64,000 nucleotides of DNA from a virus. A program made the position numbers and the translations under genes. The stretch is from the IMG/VR virus record IMGVR_UViG_3300042558_005646. The stretch is one strand, 5' to 3'. Each line of letters starts with the position of its first letter. Positions within the stretch are counted from its first letter, which is position 1. Below, piece after piece: positions 39,477 through 47,652 of this stretch. Below the pieces are notes generated by a model. It had not been told where the DNA came from. It ran no database searches and saw only the letters and a list, made by a program, of their open reading frames with translations.

Positions 39477-40291
39477 TAATCTAAATCGTCAAAGTTTATG
39501 TCAATACTATTATAAATTTCATTAACAGTTTTAGCTCTATTTAGAGATTTACTGTTCATGTCATTTTGAATATTTTTCTTAATTGCTAATCTTTCATTTC
39601 TGATCTTTTCTTGATTTGCAATTCTCATTGATTCTCTAGAATCCAGAGCAGATGGATCTATCATTCCAAATGTAGAATTGAATTCATTGTCAGATGATGT
39701 TCTTAAGATTGAATGTGCTCTTGAGGAAACTACAGAAGATTGTCTCAAGTTATTTATTTGGCTTTCTTCCCAAGCTTTATGACGAGTTGCTTTAGCTTCT
39801 CTTACTCTTTGATTTTCAATAATCGATTGCTCGCTTGTAGAAGATTGAGAATTCAAGAATTCTTCAGAAATTGCAATCATATCAGGGTTGAAAATAGAAG
39901 CAGATCTTGACAACATTGCATTCATATATTCATCTGCTGAAAATGCTTTTAAACCACTAGTTGTAGTTCTTGCAGTCTCACCAGAATCAAATTGTGATCC
40001 AGCTCTTCTGATTGCACCAAAATCCTGTGATAAAATTCTTTCTTCCATAGAGGTTTCTCTTAAGTCTTGATAAGTAGATGGACCTTGAATTTTTTCCCAA
40101 GATTTATTGATATTATTTGCTTCTTTTGTAAAACCAATATTTTGTTTAGAGATTGACTGTCTGTTGGCCGTAGAATTTCTTTTTAACTCTGCATAAGGAT
40201 CTTCTTCAACTTCAACTTGAGCGCCAATGAATCTCTTTTCCAAGAATGTTGGAATATTTTCGATTTCTGATACTTTTCTAAATCTGCTCAT
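39476..40291 (-). CDS. Hypothetical head-module protein (coiled coil)
   Basis: Start reassigned to ATG 40291 after SD-like AGGA; begins MSRFRKVS. Confidence 0.5.
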   Translation of the reverse strand: MSRFRKVSEIENIPTFLEKRFIGAQVEVEEDPYAELKRNSTANRQSISKQNIGFTKEANNINKSWEKIQGPSTYQDLRETSMEERILSQDFGAIRRAGSQFDSGETARTTTSGLKAFSADEYMNAMLSRSASIFNPDMIAISEEFLNSQSSTSEQSIIENQRVREAKATRHKAWEESQINNLRQSSVVSSRAHSILRTSSDNEFNSTFGMIDPSALDSRESMRIANQEKIRNERLAIKKNIQNDMNSKSLNRAKTVNEIYNSIDINFDDLD

Positions 40292-40322
40292 GTTTATTAT
40301 CCTGTTGTTACTTTTCAAGAAT

Positions 40323-40346
40323 GTCCCAGGGCAAAAGCCCTGGGAC
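40323..40346. other. GC-rich intergenic hairpin (terminator or processing/stabilising stem)
   Basis: GTCCCAGGGC-aaaa-GCCCTGGGAC; T-tract stronger on the + (antisense) side. Confidence 0.7.
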
Positions 40347-40370
40347 TATTTTTCTTGAGGATTATTTTTA

Positions 40371-41441
40371 CTACTTGTCGTATTTCTTGGTGAAGAGTGC
40401 ATCAATCCACTCTTGATCACCATAACCAAGTTCATTTTTCCAGTAATCAATAATTCTGGAATAGTCTGCATCTGAAAGGGTTGCAACTTTGATCATTGAA
40501 GAAGCTGCAGCAACCTTTACATTTGTTTCAAGGCCAGAAGCAAGAACATTCTTGATATCGGATAAATTGTCAACTTCAGGTGTGGATGTTTCGCCTAATC
40601 TAGCATTTACATACTCAATTGGGAAACCTTCTGCTAAAGCCTTAGCAGCAAATGCTCTTCTTGCAGCAGATGAGAATGCTTTAACTTCCTTCATTTCTGA
40701 ATCCTTTCCGCATTCACATTTTTTGCCAGCATAAACTCCGCCACATTTTTCACATTCTTTGTCCATAGCTGCTTCTTTCTTTTCTTCCATCTTTTCAGCA
40801 ACTCTTTGAACCAAGGATTCTCTGTAAGCTTTTCTTTGTGCAAGCTTTACATTTGCCTCTTGTTGTGCTTGTACTTGGCGCTCGATTTTGCCAGCTAATC
40901 TGACTCTTCTATCATGACGAGCAGCAAGGATAGCATTCTTGAGATCTTCATCACCAGCAGCTACAGCAGCTTCTACTGCTTCAGCTGATAATTGTGATGC
41001 ATGGTTGAAGTGAAAAGCCTTCTTTTCAGCTTTAGACTTAGGACCTTTTCTCTTCATAGGACCTTTGTCAGCTTTTTCTTCATCATCATGACCTTCGTCT
41101 TCATCTTCATCTTCAGAATCTTCAGACTTCTTCTTGCCCTTGCCATTCTCTTCCATCCACTTTCTCAAGCCTTCTGGAAGACCTTTCTTGGCTTCTTTGC
41201 CCATACCTGATTTGTGATCCATCCCAGATTCAGCGTCATGATCATCGTGATCTTCGCCTTGTAATCTATCGACTTCTTCATCACCAATAGCGTCGATAAG
41301 AGCTTTGAGACCCTTGTTCTCTTTAGGCTCTTTGGCTTCAGCTAATCTTTGATTAAAGTTGTCCCAATCAATTCCTTGGAAAACCAAGTCAGAATCAAGA
41401 GGATCTTCTTGAAATCTGTTTGGGAAAATTCTATCTGCCAT
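40371..41441 (-). CDS. Hypothetical highly charged head/scaffold-like protein
   Basis: SD GAGGAG and own promoter; K/E/D-rich, CxxC..CxC, KLAQ and IKVA motifs. Confidence 0.55.
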   Translation of the reverse strand: MADRIFPNRFQEDPLDSDLVFQGIDWDNFNQRLAEAKEPKENKGLKALIDAIGDEEVDRLQGEDHDDHDAESGMDHKSGMGKEAKKGLPEGLRKWMEENGKGKKKSEDSEDEDEDEGHDDEEKADKGPMKRKGPKSKAEKKAFHFNHASQLSAEAVEAAVAAGDEDLKNAILAARHDRRVRLAGKIERQVQAQQEANVKLAQRKAYRESLVQRVAEKMEEKKEAAMDKECEKCGGVYAGKKCECGKDSEMKEVKAFSSAARRAFAAKALAEGFPIEYVNARLGETSTPEVDNLSDIKNVLASGLETNVKVAAASSMIKVATLSDADYSRIIDYWKNELGYGDQEWIDALFTKKYDK

Positions 41442-41481
41442 AATTAATTTTTCTCCTCAAGAAAAAATACATTAAGAAAAT

Positions 41482-41508
41482 TTCTAAATTTAATGCTCAA
41501 ATTCCTTT
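41482..41508 (-). promoter_or_regulatory. Putative phage-sigma promoter AAAGG-N17-TAGAA
   Basis: Intergenic, same spacing as other copies. Confidence 0.65.
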
Positions 41509-41519
41509 AATGCATCTAT

Positions 41520-41900
41520 TTATGTTTTTTTACTCAAAATTAGTTTCTTGCCCTTCAAGAGCAATTTGTCTCCAATACCAATCTTTAGTTTTTTAAACAA
41601 GCCTTTATTTGCTTCTACAATAAATACAACGTTGTTAGAATCTGGAGAAACAGATTTTGGATCATCTGCTTCCATATCTTTAAAGTCCACAATCTTATGA
41701 TTTTTGTCTAAAAAAGCTAAAGAAAGTGGAAATGACACATTCTTATTCCAAAAAGAATAACAATCAGGATAATCAAAAGTAAAATAAACTACTTCATATT
41801 CTCCCAAAGGTTCTGCATGCATCAATCCTTTACTTCGTAATTTATCAGTATCTGCTACAAACCTAACATCGAATTCATCACGGAATTCTTCATTAGTGAG
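41520..41900 (-). CDS. DUF192-domain reading frame with no start codon before the domain's N-terminal motif; in frame with 41901..42392 across one TGA
   Basis: Translates LTNEEFRDEFDVRFVADTDKLRSKGLMHAEPL...FWNKNVSFPLSLAFLD...VEANKG; ADT...GLM lies upstream of the first TTG/ATG (41825/41822). Confidence 0.7.
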   Translation of the reverse strand, partial: LTNEEFRDEFDVRFVADTDKLRSKGLMHAEPLGEYEVVYFTFDYPDCYSFWNKNVSFPLSLAFLDKNHKIVDFKDMEADDPKSVSPDSNNVVFIVEANKGLFKKLKIGIGDKLLLKGKKLILSKKT

Positions 41901-42392
41901 TCATGAACCAACTTTTTTAAATTTATTTGAAGATGCTTTCACACTTCTTGCGTCTTCAAGATCAAATCTATCTTTGGTTCTTTGCTTTCTAAATTCATTA
42001 ACATTATCTATGCTCAAATAATGATCACGTAATGCTAATCTTGCTCTTTCAGTCAATTCTACAGATCTACCATAACCTGTAAGTAATCCAGCAGTTTTCA
42101 TAGCTAAAAGATCATTATCAGAAATTTCAGTAGGAACTCCACATACTTTGCTGTCTTTGTGTAAAGCAACATAGCTAGCAGCAGTAACTAAAGCATCTGT
42201 ATTTGCATCAATTGACTTAAGCATTTCCAAATATTTTTCACTTAATTTAGCTGCTTCTGCTTTTTTAGGAGCTTGTGAAACACCAAGAAGTTGAATTTGA
42301 ATATCAGAAAGTCCAAGACCTTCCATTGATGGTCCGTCAAATAATTCTGCATGCAAATCTAAAGAGTGTACTGGCTTAATTGGTATAGGCAT
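41901..42392 (-). CDS. Hypothetical protein (possible N-terminal half of a DUF192 fusion)
   Basis: SD AAGGA; ends NKFKKVGS-TGA. Confidence 0.6.
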   Translation of the reverse strand: MPIPIKPVHSLDLHAELFDGPSMEGLGLSDIQIQLLGVSQAPKKAEAAKLSEKYLEMLKSIDANTDALVTAASYVALHKDSKVCGVPTEISDNDLLAMKTAGLLTGYGRSVELTERARLALRDHYLSIDNVNEFRKQRTKDRFDLEDARSVKASSNKFKKVGS

Positions 42393-42406
42393 AATTTTTT
42401 ATTCCT

Positions 42407-42865
42407 TTATCTAATTGGTAATCTATTTTTCCAACCATTTCCTTCATCAACATTTTTCTGATAGGTTTCTTCCCAAGAAAATTTATCGCACAAATCAGCT
42501 CCGCTATGAATTGCCATAGATGGGCTTGATGCTGGATTACCTGGGTCTACATAAGCAGGACCAGGAACATTATCAGGACCATGTAATTGTCCTTCTATAT
42601 TTGCACCATCAGCTTCTCCACCCAAATCCATATATTCTTTTGGAACTTTTCTAGGATTTATTTTTTGTCTCCAATAGTCATTTTGTTTTGTTTCTTCTTC
42701 TATTTCCTCATATGGAACCAAAGAAACATTTGGAGATTGAGTTATTGATTGCTGTGGATAATATTGTGCAATTTTTTCAAACAACTTATCTGACTTTAAG
42801 TATTCGCCAGATTTATCCAATCTTGAACATATTTTTATAATTGTTTGAATTGATTTAGCATTCAT
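42407..42865 (-). CDS. Putative internal head protein with LDxxG...SDK...KIAQ leader
   Basis: Leader IIKICSRLDKSGEYLKSDKLFEKIAQ aligns with that of 54056..54679. Confidence 0.5.
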   Translation of the reverse strand: MNAKSIQTIIKICSRLDKSGEYLKSDKLFEKIAQYYPQQSITQSPNVSLVPYEEIEEETKQNDYWRQKINPRKVPKEYMDLGGEADGANIEGQLHGPDNVPGPAYVDPGNPASSPSMAIHSGADLCDKFSWEETYQKNVDEGNGWKNRLPIR

Positions 42866-42877
42866 GATTTTGAACCT

Positions 42878-43870
42878 TTAAAGACTATGACCCGATATCC
42901 CGTAGAATGCAGATCCTGGATACGATTCTTCAACGCCTTTAGGTTCTTTGTTTGAAGGATCGATAAAATCTAAATAATTTGTATCTTTTTTCTTTGGATT
43001 CAATTGCTGTTCAAAAGAAACGAAAGGATCAATATCTTTTGTTGCTTCTGATTTAGGGGCAATATCTTTTGGCGCATATATATTTGGTTTTGTATCAGGA
43101 TCAGGGTAAGACAATAAAGTGTCTTTCAAGCCATACTCTTGGAATCCATCTTCATTTGGAGTTTTTTCAATCATCAAATGATTTATATAATCATTGAAAT
43201 CTTCACCGTGAGTTAGGATGGGAGTTTTTCCAATTGGAACATAACTAAATTGATTTTCATCAAATTCATTTCGTTCTTCAGGATATTCTTTTGTCATCCT
43301 GTTTCTTCTTGCAATTTCATAGTCTTCTGCAATACGATTTATTGACTTATCTGAAATGGCAAAATGTAATCTTTCTGGCTTATCTGGATCTTTGTATTCT
43401 TCTCTTGGATATTTGAAATCTTTATTGTATTTATGACGATCTTCTAAGGATTGCTCCATAGTCATCATATGCTCTTTTTTTGGCTGATAATGATCTCGTA
43501 TATATGCTGGACTATTTTTCATTAAGTCGCTTGCTGCATTTTCTAAAGATTTTTTGTAATTATGTAATTGAGCTCTAAATTTAGCTCTTAATCTTTCCTC
43601 AGGAGTAAGTTCGTAAGGAATTAATTCTTCATAATTTTTATGTTGTGGAGTCAATCTTGACTCTATATTGACATCTCTTGTATCAGGTTCAATATGGGTA
43701 CGTCTTAACAATTTATCGAAGCTTGAATCTTCGTCTACGTATAAATTGATTTCATGTCCACCTCGGTTTCCACCACCACGACCGATAGGACTACCACCAG
43801 GCTGAAATGGAGCTCCATTCCCTCCACCGCCTACACCACCAAATTGAGCTGTTCTGATATTGTTAGACAT
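42878..43870 (-). CDS. Putative internal head protein with MSNNIRTAQ leader and Gly-rich segment
   Basis: RTAQ motif at residues 6-9; MEQSL and FEQQL repeats; preceded by phage-sigma motif. Confidence 0.5.
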   Translation of the reverse strand: MSNNIRTAQFGGVGGGGNGAPFQPGGSPIGRGGGNRGGHEINLYVDEDSSFDKLLRRTHIEPDTRDVNIESRLTPQHKNYEELIPYELTPEERLRAKFRAQLHNYKKSLENAASDLMKNSPAYIRDHYQPKKEHMMTMEQSLEDRHKYNKDFKYPREEYKDPDKPERLHFAISDKSINRIAEDYEIARRNRMTKEYPEERNEFDENQFSYVPIGKTPILTHGEDFNDYINHLMIEKTPNEDGFQEYGLKDTLLSYPDPDTKPNIYAPKDIAPKSEATKDIDPFVSFEQQLNPKKKDTNYLDFIDPSNKEPKGVEESYPGSAFYGISGHSL

Positions 43871-43879
43871 AATGAATTG

Positions 43880-43906
43880 TTCTTATAAATAAAAATAATT
43901 ACCTTT
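43880..43906 (-). promoter_or_regulatory. Putative phage-sigma promoter AAAGG-N17-AAGAA
   Basis: Fills the terL/next-gene gap; 9 nt before ATG 43870. Confidence 0.6.
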
Positions 43907-46016
43907 ATCTTCTATTTAAATTGACCATTTTTGATCTTGGCAATCTAATCATAATTTTAGATGTTAAGCATTCAAATGCTACAGCAGCGACTGCATCACA
44001 AATATCATCTTTATATCCAGAAAGTGCCTCAATGTAATATCTTTTGCCTTTCCATTTTTTCTGCAAAAATAAAAATTGAATTTTTGCTTCTTGTATTTCA
44101 TTTAAAGATATAAGCCTATTATCTAAATCTCTATATTCTCCACCAGGCAAATCATAAATATCAATTCGGTCATCACGGATTAATTGTGATAATTCAGTGT
44201 AAATTTTTTCCTTGTATTCTTTATTAAATTGGCGCTCTACAATTGGGACTCTTCTTGATTGCAATTTAATTAATGATGATTGAGAATTCCATTGATCAAT
44301 AGAAACTTGCTTGAATTTGAATTTATGATGTAAATCGATTACATAATCTTCAACTTCGCTTTCTTTTACAGGTTGATTTTTAGTTTTAGGATTCCAAAAA
44401 TGTACATGATCAATCACAACTCTTTTGAGTGGTTGAAAATCAGGCCCAATTTGACCATACATATTTTCAGTATGAGCAATTACAAGAGCGTAGTAGTCTG
44501 ACGTTCTGGCAGGGTCTAAGTGGCAAAAATATTCAAAATGTCCCTCTGCCATTTCTTTTCTTTTGACCATAGACATTGAAGCGAACATTCTGTCTATATC
44601 TTCAGAATTAAACATAGGGTCAGAGGATGAAGCACCAAATTCAGCTCCATACTGCATCTGAAATTCTTGAGGATCTTTCTTCTTTTGCCCATCCAACCAT
44701 TCTTTGTCAATGTTTGGATTTGTAAGCCAAGTAGGAAGTCTCATCACAAGAGTTGTTGGATCTTCTTGTCTATTTTCGTGAAGATCATATAACAACCCAA
44801 GAGGACCTTTAGGGTTGGAAAGAAGCATCATTTTGCCATCTTTACCAAATGTAGCAAGAGATGGCTTTAAGTCATCATAAAGAGCGTAGTCAACACCAGA
44901 TTCAGGATTATCTCCAGCCATAGCAGCAACTTCGTCCATAATAATTGCCCAACAAGTTAAACCAACAAGACCTGAAGCATTACTACTACCACATCGCAAT
45001 ACCAAAGAACCCGCAAAAAGATTGATATTTTGCTCTTTTCTTCTTACATTCTCTTCTCTATCATGTTCTGTATAAAATCGCATTTCAAGCTCTGTATCTT
45101 TGCCAATATAAGGAGCAAAGAATGGAGAAGCTAGAACTGTTTGTTTGATTTTTGAGAAGATTGCTTTTTTAGCCTGTTCTTCATTACGAGCAACATTGAG
45201 AAGAACAACTTCATCAAATTCCATCAAGCCATATCTAGCTTGAGGGTGACCCATAGAAATCAATCTATATAATTCATAAAGAGCCATAGCAGACACAAGG
45301 AATGACTTACCCGAACGTCTGCCAAGCACTAAAACTAATTCTTCAAATTTATATCTTTTTTTGCATTTTTCTTGAACTTGCATCCTTAATTTTGGGTCAA
45401 ATTCTTCGGAATAAAGTAAGTCGAATTCACTTTGAAAAGCATCAATTATTGGTCTTGCTTCTAATACCTCAACTTGTCTTTCAGCATCTGGGTTAGTTGC
45501 TTCATCTTTTGCAAATTTATATCTTTCATCTCTAACTTCATTTTTAAGACGCTTACATTGAAGACAAGGTGAATTGACGACATTGAAAATTGTTTTGAAT
45601 TGTCTTTTTTCTGCACGGGCTTTTAAAAATTCATTTTCGTTCTTTTGGATATAATCCCAAACACATCCTTTGCAATCTTCTTGATTGTCAGATTCATTTA
45701 TTACAAGGTTAGTATTGCCTTCTTGCCCCATATAAAAACATTTAAGTATAAGTTTTTGCCAAGGATAAGGTCTTAGATTACAAAAATATGGATGTTCAAT
45801 AAATGTAATAATGTCTACAATTTGGTCAGGGTTAAATCTGTCTTTAGGAGGTTTGACTGGAGGTGCTACTTCTTGTCTTGTAGCAGGAGCAATTTCATCT
45901 ACAAAATCTTCGGCATATTCCGTGCCTTTGAATAATTCTGTAACTGAATTTGCTTGCTGTAATAATTGACTTCGTAATTCGTTTGAAGATTTAACGACTG
46001 GAGTTGGCTTTCTCAT
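43905..46016 (-). CDS. terL: Terminase large subunit
   Basis: PYPWQ adenine-binding motif, LGRRSGKS Walker A, IIMDEVA Walker B, LLSNP motif III, QYGAEF, HLDPARTSDYYA nuclease, DDICDAVA. Confidence 0.92.
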   Translation of the reverse strand: MRKPTPVVKSSNELRSQLLQQANSVTELFKGTEYAEDFVDEIAPATRQEVAPPVKPPKDRFNPDQIVDIITFIEHPYFCNLRPYPWQKLILKCFYMGQEGNTNLVINESDNQEDCKGCVWDYIQKNENEFLKARAEKRQFKTIFNVVNSPCLQCKRLKNEVRDERYKFAKDEATNPDAERQVEVLEARPIIDAFQSEFDLLYSEEFDPKLRMQVQEKCKKRYKFEELVLVLGRRSGKSFLVSAMALYELYRLISMGHPQARYGLMEFDEVVLLNVARNEEQAKKAIFSKIKQTVLASPFFAPYIGKDTELEMRFYTEHDREENVRRKEQNINLFAGSLVLRCGSSNASGLVGLTCWAIIMDEVAAMAGDNPESGVDYALYDDLKPSLATFGKDGKMMLLSNPKGPLGLLYDLHENRQEDPTTLVMRLPTWLTNPNIDKEWLDGQKKKDPQEFQMQYGAEFGASSSDPMFNSEDIDRMFASMSMVKRKEMAEGHFEYFCHLDPARTSDYYALVIAHTENMYGQIGPDFQPLKRVVIDHVHFWNPKTKNQPVKESEVEDYVIDLHHKFKFKQVSIDQWNSQSSLIKLQSRRVPIVERQFNKEYKEKIYTELSQLIRDDRIDIYDLPGGEYRDLDNRLISLNEIQEAKIQFLFLQKKWKGKRYYIEALSGYKDDICDAVAAVAFECLTSKIMIRLPRSKMVNLNRR

Positions 46017-46696
46017 TAATTATCTTGTTGGATCTTATTTCTCAAAGCTACAATTTCTTCTCTGATAATTCTTTTATCTGCTTCACTTTCCATTTTTTCG
46101 TGAAGATTAGCTAAAATTTCAAATATATTGATGTCAAAGATTCCACGATTATCTCTCGAGTCTTTGACATTGAGAATTTTAGAAATTAATTTCTCAACCA
46201 TAGCTGCTCTTTTAAGTTTCATGTCATTATTTTTAGAGCAGTCAATGCCACGAACATCATCAAGTTCTACAAGTAAAGCAGTAAGGGCTAATTGATGTTC
46301 ACGAAAAATCCATGGAGCGATAAGTTCTTCTCTTTGTTCGTAGTTCTTAAGACCAGAAGTTGAGATTTTTTTGAAATCACAGTGTTGTTCCATATGAGTA
46401 TTAATTTGCATCCAGTTCATCTGTGCATCAAAATACTGATGGAAAAATCTAATTACCGATTGATTTTTTCTTCCACTGTCTAAATATACGTGTTCTACTA
46501 AATCTCTAAATGGTGAAGTACAAATCGCACATCTAGGTTCTATGAATTGAGGATAAGATATATCACTCATATTGTCAGGAGGAAGAGGCATTAATGGCTT
46601 ATCGCCTTCTTTCAAATCCCTGAACATTCTCGATGGTTTCTTGGGTCCTTCATCAGGAACAATAAGAGCATCTACAGTTTCTTTTTTCGATTCCAT
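46016..46696 (-). CDS. Probable terminase small subunit (Zn-finger plus helical)
   Basis: CAIC...THMEQHC Zn-binding pattern, coiled C-terminus, TAATG-coupled to terL. Confidence 0.5.
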   Translation of the reverse strand: MESKKETVDALIVPDEGPKKPSRMFRDLKEGDKPLMPLPPDNMSDISYPQFIEPRCAICTSPFRDLVEHVYLDSGRKNQSVIRFFHQYFDAQMNWMQINTHMEQHCDFKKISTSGLKNYEQREELIAPWIFREHQLALTALLVELDDVRGIDCSKNNDMKLKRAAMVEKLISKILNVKDSRDNRGIFDINIFEILANLHEKMESEADKRIIREEIVALRNKIQQDN

Positions 46697-46703
46697 TTCT
46701 TTA

Positions 46704-46709
46704 GTTATA
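46704..46709 (-). promoter_or_regulatory. -10 hexamer TATAAC 7 nt before ATG 46696
   Basis: Immediately downstream of a terminator hairpin; no SD. Confidence 0.45.
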
Positions 46710-46715
46710 CAAGCA

Positions 46716-46743
46716 AAACAAGCCGCATAAATGCGGCTTGTTT
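46716..46743 (-). terminator. Intrinsic terminator
   Basis: AAACAAGCCGCAT-aa-ATGCGGCTTGTTT. Confidence 0.8.
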
Positions 46744-46762
46744 CTTTCTGTTAGGATATAAA

Positions 46763-47476
46763 TTAGTCTTTTAAGGCTCTTTTGAGTCTTTGATATGGAG
46801 AAACTGTATCTACAGCTTTTACCATAAATTCGTCAGCAAGACCAAAATCAACATAATTCCCGCCTATAAATTTATCACTGGATGAAGTTGCATTTGTCAA
46901 ATCAACTTCAGCAGTTCCCTTCTTCATGGATACAACATATTTATTTTTAGAAGCTGTTTTAATTTGAGCTTCTTGAGATTGTGCTAAAAGAACATTGTTA
47001 AGAAGTGTTTCTTCAATAAAAGGCTTTAAAGATGCATGAAGATTTCCTCTTCCAGTTCTACTTTCTTTAGCAGCTTCAGTAATTCTTAACCAAAATCCAA
47101 GCCCTTTTTCGTCAGTTTTTACAATTGAATGAGGACCAGTGCAAAGTCTCTTGACAAATTCCTTCGCAGATAATTTGGTCAAAGATCTTTCAATAATAGG
47201 AGCGCAGTCAGAATATCTTGTTGGGACTACAGCAACTTCGATAGCAGTATTTTGTGCAACTTCTTCAGCACTATCAAATAATTTAGAAGCTACTCTGTTT
47301 GCAATGTCTAAATCAAAATTATCAGCTGCAAGTAATTCTACAACTTCGGACTTTTCAAAACCTTGATTTTTGTATTTTTGAGCTTGACTATTGGCAACAA
47401 CGAAAACACCATCATTATGTGACTTTAATTCATTGCGCCAGTTGTAAATCATGTCATTTGTGTTATTTTCAGACAC
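46763..47476 (-). CDS. Hypothetical protein with internal KTA motif
   Basis: GTG start with SD AAGGGAG; QIKTASK motif. Confidence 0.6.
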   Translation of the reverse strand: MSENNTNDMIYNWRNELKSHNDGVFVVANSQAQKYKNQGFEKSEVVELLAADNFDLDIANRVASKLFDSAEEVAQNTAIEVAVVPTRYSDCAPIIERSLTKLSAKEFVKRLCTGPHSIVKTDEKGLGFWLRITEAAKESRTGRGNLHASLKPFIEETLLNNVLLAQSQEAQIKTASKNKYVVSMKKGTAEVDLTNATSSSDKFIGGNYVDFGLADEFMVKAVDTVSPYQRLKRALKD

Positions 47477-47533
47477 TTATCTTATCTCCCTTAGATTTTT
47501 TTGATCCCCACCAACAAAAGGACTTAAATAAAT

Positions 47534-47569
47534 AAACCTCTAGACGTGCTTGAAAAGTCGTAGAGGTTT
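47534..47569. other. Bulged hairpin in the 176-nt divergent intergenic region
   Basis: AAACCTCTA-GAC-(11-nt loop)-GTC-g-TAGAGGTTT. Confidence 0.55.
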
Positions 47570-47615
47570 TTGTGGAACATATTAGTATAATACGAGAATT
47601 TCAAAAATATATTCC

Positions 47616-47642
47616 AAAGGTTAAATTAGTACATTTGTAAAA
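47616..47642 (+). promoter_or_regulatory. Putative phage-sigma promoter AAAGG-N17-TAAAA
   Basis: Same 17-nt spacing; 10 nt before MWYS gene ATG. Confidence 0.5.
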
Positions 47643-47652
47643 TAAAAAATAT

